This document shows positions 60,105 through 64,000 of a stretch of DNA of 64,000 bases, one piece after another (the stretch's first letter is position 1; the number at the start of each line of letters is the position of its first letter). A program made the position numbers and the translations under genes. Source of the DNA: Spirochaetia bacterium (GTDB lineage: Bacteria; Spirochaetota; Spirochaetia; UBA9216); the NCBI GenBank assembly GCA_963675665.1, contig OY776510.1, positions 1,408,001 through 1,472,000 of the forward strand, given 5' to 3'. The notes beneath the pieces were generated by a model. That model did not search any database and was not told the origin of the DNA. It was given only the letters and a program-made list of their open reading frames with translations.

Positions 60105-60261
60105 GTATAAAGGGTATAAGAACAATGCTAAAACTGCAAGCAGAAATATGTTTTATGGTGCAGAAACTTACTGTAAAACTGCTTTTAACAAGCGGATCTT
60201 TTCACCAATCAGAATAAAATAATGTCGGCAGTTTTCGCATTGCTGTTTTACAGGGGTTGTT

Positions 60262-60792
60262 ATGGGCGAGATTAAAAATTTTGCAAAGGAAAATCTTATA
60301 ATCGGTGTTCTTTCGACGCTTGAAGAGATTGATTCCGAGCTGCTTTCGGTGCTTGAAGAAGCTTTCGGCCCTTCAGATATGGTTTCTGAGACGCTTGATT
60401 TCAGTTGGACCAGTTACTACGACAATGAGATGGGAAACGGTATAAGAAGGCGTTTTTACTCATTTGAGAGACTTGTTGACCCTTCGGATCTTGCCGGAAT
60501 CAAAATTCTAACAAACGGAATAGAAGAAAGATGGGCCCTGTCAGGGAACCGCAAAGTTAACCTTGATCCCGGGCTGCTTGATCTTAACAGGCTTATTCTT
60601 GCTACAACAAAAAATGTCGGACATCGTATTCCTCTTGCAAAAGGTATTTACGGCGAAGTGACGCTTATTTACATGAAAAAAGAGTATCATCCTTTACCGT
60701 GGACATACCCGGATTACCGGAGTCCGGAATATATGAAGATATTGAAAGAAATCCGCAGCCTTTACCGGGACAAACTGAAGCGTCTGAAATAA
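60262..60792 (+). CDS. DUF4416 family protein
   Basis: TSYYDNEMG, TNGIE, RKVNLDPG, LATTK..HRI, WTYPDY. Confidence 0.88.
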   Translation: MGEIKNFAKENLIIGVLSTLEEIDSELLSVLEEAFGPSDMVSETLDFSWTSYYDNEMGNGIRRRFYSFERLVDPSDLAGIKILTNGIEERWALSGNRKVNLDPGLLDLNRLILATTKNVGHRIPLAKGIYGEVTLIYMKKEYHPLPWTYPDYRSPEYMKILKEIRSLYRDKLKRLK

Positions 60793-60810
60793 ATCCCGTT
60801 ATTCTTCCAT

Positions 60811-61647
60811 GTGGGTCTGAAATGTCTCCGGTATAAATTAATAATTATTCTTGTTTTCTTTTTACAGGCTGCCGGCTGTGAACTGTTTTGCAGCAGGGTG
60901 ATAACGCTTTGCCTGCCGGATTTTCCCGGTGAAGCCGCGGATACTTGTTCAGCAGTAGTTTCATGGCGGATAGAATATCCGGAAAAAACGGAAGCGGGTC
61001 TGCCGGTTTATACAAGCTGTATTGTCCCGGCTGAAGCTTCTTCCGGCAGCACTGAAATATCAATACGGATAGCCCGTGGTGTAAACCTGCCGGTTCTGGC
61101 GCGGCCGGTATTTGCGTTCGGACCCGGCGGTTATCCGGCCGGTGCTGTTTATCCGGCTGATGCGGCCGGGGGGCGACTTGAACTTGAATGGGAGAACGGT
61201 TTTGCCTGTGAAGTGCTTAAAAGCTGCCTGCTTAACACCGTTGTCGTCCGGGGATTTGATACTTCGGCTTTCAGGACGTCGGTTGCAGAAAAAGTTTCGG
61301 AGCTTACGGAGCCCGGAGGATGCTGGCTTCTTGATCCCGCTCCGGTTATCAGCAGGCTTGGATACGGTCTGTTCCGGGAATCGTCAATTAAAGCCGCCGA
61401 CACGATGGTTTTTGCCGTTCCGGTCCTGGGCGGCACATATATTGCGGACAATCCGTTTTACCCTCCGGTAATGGTAAAAAATGATCAAATACCTGAAACC
61501 GGAACTCTTTATATAACGGTTCCGCTGAACCGGAAGACAATATTTTATGAAGCAGATTCGGGTGAAACAGTTACAGCCTGTTTTAACGACAGGATATGGT
61601 GCTGGAATAATTCTGTCACCGGATTAACAGAGTCGGGAAGGATGTAA
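60811..61647 (+). CDS. Hypothetical lipoprotein
   Basis: AAGC lipobox-like site; PAGAVYP...LELEWENG. Confidence 0.6.
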   Translation: MGLKCLRYKLIIILVFFLQAAGCELFCSRVITLCLPDFPGEAADTCSAVVSWRIEYPEKTEAGLPVYTSCIVPAEASSGSTEISIRIARGVNLPVLARPVFAFGPGGYPAGAVYPADAAGGRLELEWENGFACEVLKSCLLNTVVVRGFDTSAFRTSVAEKVSELTEPGGCWLLDPAPVISRLGYGLFRESSIKAADTMVFAVPVLGGTYIADNPFYPPVMVKNDQIPETGTLYITVPLNRKTIFYEADSGETVTACFNDRIWCWNNSVTGLTESGRM

Positions 61648-61710
61648 TAACGGCATAATTAAGTTATAATCACACTGTGAAGAAAATTTTTAAGCTGCAG
61701 GAGTTTTCTG

Positions 61711-62664
61711 ATGTATAAATATCTGTTTGGTCCGGTGCCTTCGCGCCGTCTCGGAATATCACTTGGAGTTGATCTTGTCCCGAAGAAGGTATGCTCTCTG
61801 GATTGCGTTTACTGTGAGGTCGGAAAAACAACAAAACTGACAATCGACCGGAAGGAATATATCAGGTATGAGAAGATAACCGAAGAATTATCCCATTATT
61901 TCAGTAATAACCCTGATCCTGATTATATTACCTTTTCGGGTTCAGGCGAACCGTTATTGAATTCCAGGTTGGGCGATGTTCTCAATTTTATTAAAAGAGC
62001 AAAACCGGCCATTCCGGTTGCGGTTCTGACCAACGGGACCCTGTTGTTTGAGAAGGACGTGAGGGATGAATTAATGAACGCAGATGTTGTTCTTCCTTCT
62101 CTTGATGCTGTTGTTTCCGAATCTTTTATCAGAATAAACAGGCCGGCAGCAGGCCTCGATATTGAAAAGATAATCAAAGGGCTGATTGCTTTCCGAAAGG
62201 AGTTTCCGGGAAAAATCTGGCTTGAAGTCTTTATTCTGCCTGATTACAACAATTCCGAAAAGGATTTGTTTGAATTGAAGGATATTATTAAAAAGATTAA
62301 TCCTGATTCGGTTCAGCTTAATACCCTTGACAGGCCGGGAGTGGTTGCCGGCCTGAAACCCGCCGGCAGGGATGAACTGCAGCAACTGGCGGAGGCCTGG
62401 GCGCTTCCCAATATTGAGATTATCAGTTCAGCAGGAAGCCGAAAGAATATTGAGTCGTTCAGAAGCGATGTTGAATCGGCAATTCTCGGAACAATATCAA
62501 GACGTCCCTGTACAGGCGAAGATCTGGTACAAGTCCTCGGGCTGCATATCAATGAAATAAACAAATACCTTGATGTTCTGGAATCGGACGGCAAAATCGA
62601 AGCAGTTGAGCAGGAACGGGGAGTATTTTATATTACTAAAGCATCAGAATCCGGGAAGAGGTGA
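61711..62664 (+). CDS. Radical SAM protein (TYW1-like family) with C-terminal wHTH
   Basis: FGPVPSRRLGISLG, CSLDCVYC, FSGSGEP, LTNG, LNTLDRP. Confidence 0.9.
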   Translation: MYKYLFGPVPSRRLGISLGVDLVPKKVCSLDCVYCEVGKTTKLTIDRKEYIRYEKITEELSHYFSNNPDPDYITFSGSGEPLLNSRLGDVLNFIKRAKPAIPVAVLTNGTLLFEKDVRDELMNADVVLPSLDAVVSESFIRINRPAAGLDIEKIIKGLIAFRKEFPGKIWLEVFILPDYNNSEKDLFELKDIIKKINPDSVQLNTLDRPGVVAGLKPAGRDELQQLAEAWALPNIEIISSAGSRKNIESFRSDVESAILGTISRRPCTGEDLVQVLGLHINEINKYLDVLESDGKIEAVEQERGVFYITKASESGKR

Positions 62665-63775
62665 GCGCTTCCGCGCCGTTTTTCGTCATCAGATAATCAT
62701 TCTCAAGCCGTACCCCGCCTGCCTCGGCATCATAAAGGCCCGGTTCGATGGTGAATACCATTCCCGGTTTAAGCGGTTTATCATACAACGGATGGTTTTT
62801 CAGTATTGGTGCTTCATGCACGTCCAGGCCTATTCCGTGTCCGAGGCTGTGCGGCATGGTCCAGCCTGCCGCTGCGAAATGCTTGTCAACTGCTTCGGCT
62901 ACAGCCTTTCCTGTAATCTCGTTTAACCCCCCGGCTTTCGCTCCGATTGAATGCGCTTCGGCTACGAGCTCAACCATCTGCTGCTGTTTATCTGAAAGCT
63001 TTCCGCGACATATTGTCAGGGTAATGTCGGTTGCGTATCCGTCCAGATTCAGTCCGCAGTCTATGATTGAAAGTCCGCCTCCGCCGTTTTCGGCTGTACA
63101 GCCTATGGGTCCGGCGCCGTAAGCCGGTATGCAGTGTATTCCCCATGAGCGGGAAGGCCCCGCGGCCAGGGTTGTAAAACTTGAACCGTCGGCGCCGAGC
63201 CTGCGCGATTCGGTTTCTACAAGCATTGCCGCGTCAATCTCGGTTTTAATGCTGCCGTCCCTGAAGCCGGTTTCAATGGCGTCGATAAGCCTGTTCGTCA
63301 TAATGCCTGCGCGGCGGTAGAGTTCTATCTCGGCGTCGTCCTTTACTGCGCGCATATCAAGCAGCTTGTCGGCAACGCCGTCGGCACGGCAGATAATTTC
63401 AGATTTCCGCATTTCAGCGGCAATCTCGGTGTATAGAAGATGGGGCGTCTGCGATGAAAGCTCTATCCGCCCGCAAAGAAGATTGTCCTTGCACACGGTG
63501 CTTATTGCTTTAACCGGGTTACGTTCAAACTCGCTGTATGCGATTATTTTATCTGCTTCCGCGGTTTTTTCGGCAAGAATCATGTCCCAGGGTATAAGTA
63601 CGGTTGCTCCGTCGGAAAAAACGGCAAAAACAGCATCCGAATCCATTCCTGTAAGATAGCGCAGGTTCCGGGAACGCCTGTTTTCGGCATCCTCAATTAT
63701 AAGCGCATCGATTTTTTCACTCTGCATCCATTCGCAAAGCGCATTGATTCGGGTTCGGTATATGCTCATGCGCAT
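62636..63775 (-). CDS. Xaa-Pro aminopeptidase (M24B)
   Basis: NLRYLTG, IDCG..ATDIT, HSLGHGIGLDVHE, TIEPGLY, GVRLEND. Confidence 0.92.
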   Translation of the reverse strand: MRMSIYRTRINALCEWMQSEKIDALIIEDAENRRSRNLRYLTGMDSDAVFAVFSDGATVLIPWDMILAEKTAEADKIIAYSEFERNPVKAISTVCKDNLLCGRIELSSQTPHLLYTEIAAEMRKSEIICRADGVADKLLDMRAVKDDAEIELYRRAGIMTNRLIDAIETGFRDGSIKTEIDAAMLVETESRRLGADGSSFTTLAAGPSRSWGIHCIPAYGAGPIGCTAENGGGGLSIIDCGLNLDGYATDITLTICRGKLSDKQQQMVELVAEAHSIGAKAGGLNEITGKAVAEAVDKHFAAAGWTMPHSLGHGIGLDVHEAPILKNHPLYDKPLKPGMVFTIEPGLYDAEAGGVRLENDYLMTKNGAEALTSSRILML

Positions 63776-63858
63776 CTCCTCTCCTGATTTTAAAATCATT
63801 GAACTGTTAAGTATGAAAGCATTATACCATAATAAAGACATAATTGTTTGAAATTAAT

Positions 63859-63908
63859 TTGACAGGGCTGATCGGGAATATTATAATGATAATAGTAACG
63901 ATTACTAT
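63859..63908 (+). promoter_or_regulatory. Consensus sigma70 promoter with a palindromic operator over the start codon
   Basis: TTGACA(63859)-17-TATAAT(63882); ATAGTAA-CGA-TTACTAT at 63892-63908. Confidence 0.8.
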
Positions 63909-64000
63909 GGAATACCGAAAGAGCAAGCTTAGAGATGAGATTCTTGGGATTTTAAAGAATACAGGCAGTCATCCAACAGCCAACTGGATTTATGACCAGT
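63907..64000 (+). CDS. Fur/PerR family regulator (5' part, truncated by the window edge; not in the ORF track)
   Basis: MEYRKSKLRDEILGILKNTGSHPTANWIYDQ, the Fur-family N-terminal HPTA motif. Confidence 0.85.
   Translation, partial: MEYRKSKLRDEILGILKNTGSHPTANWIYDQ

Overview
Gene-dense chromosomal window from a free-living-type Spirochaetales bacterium. This is inferred from spirochete-type lipoproteins, a DUF5312-like gene, an spd/mitochondrial-type EF-G1 and the carD-ispD-ispF cluster. It holds about 55 CDS, mostly housekeeping, amino-acid metabolism, transport and signalling. I saw no rRNA, tRNA, CRISPR array, transposase or integrase. The top finding is an operon at 11737-16856 (- strand) preceded by a molybdenum/tungsten-cofactor (Moco RNA motif) riboswitch that lacks P3, the variant linked to tungsten cofactor. 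It encodes a sugar-type ABC binding protein with a degenerate molybdopterin-binding N-domain, a lipoprotein with three sulfite-oxidase-fold repeats that lack the Mo-ligating Cys, and a fused double permease: a candidate Wco/Moco or pterin salvage importer. Other notable items are a pseudokinase-REC-adenylate cyclase hybrid and its internally deleted pseudogene copy, which together bracket a ROK/aminotransferase/ABC cassette; a complete sigma54 module with visible enhancer palindromes; several apparently leaderless genes; and several unexplained structured intergenic elements. All family assignments come from reading motifs by eye, not from database searches.
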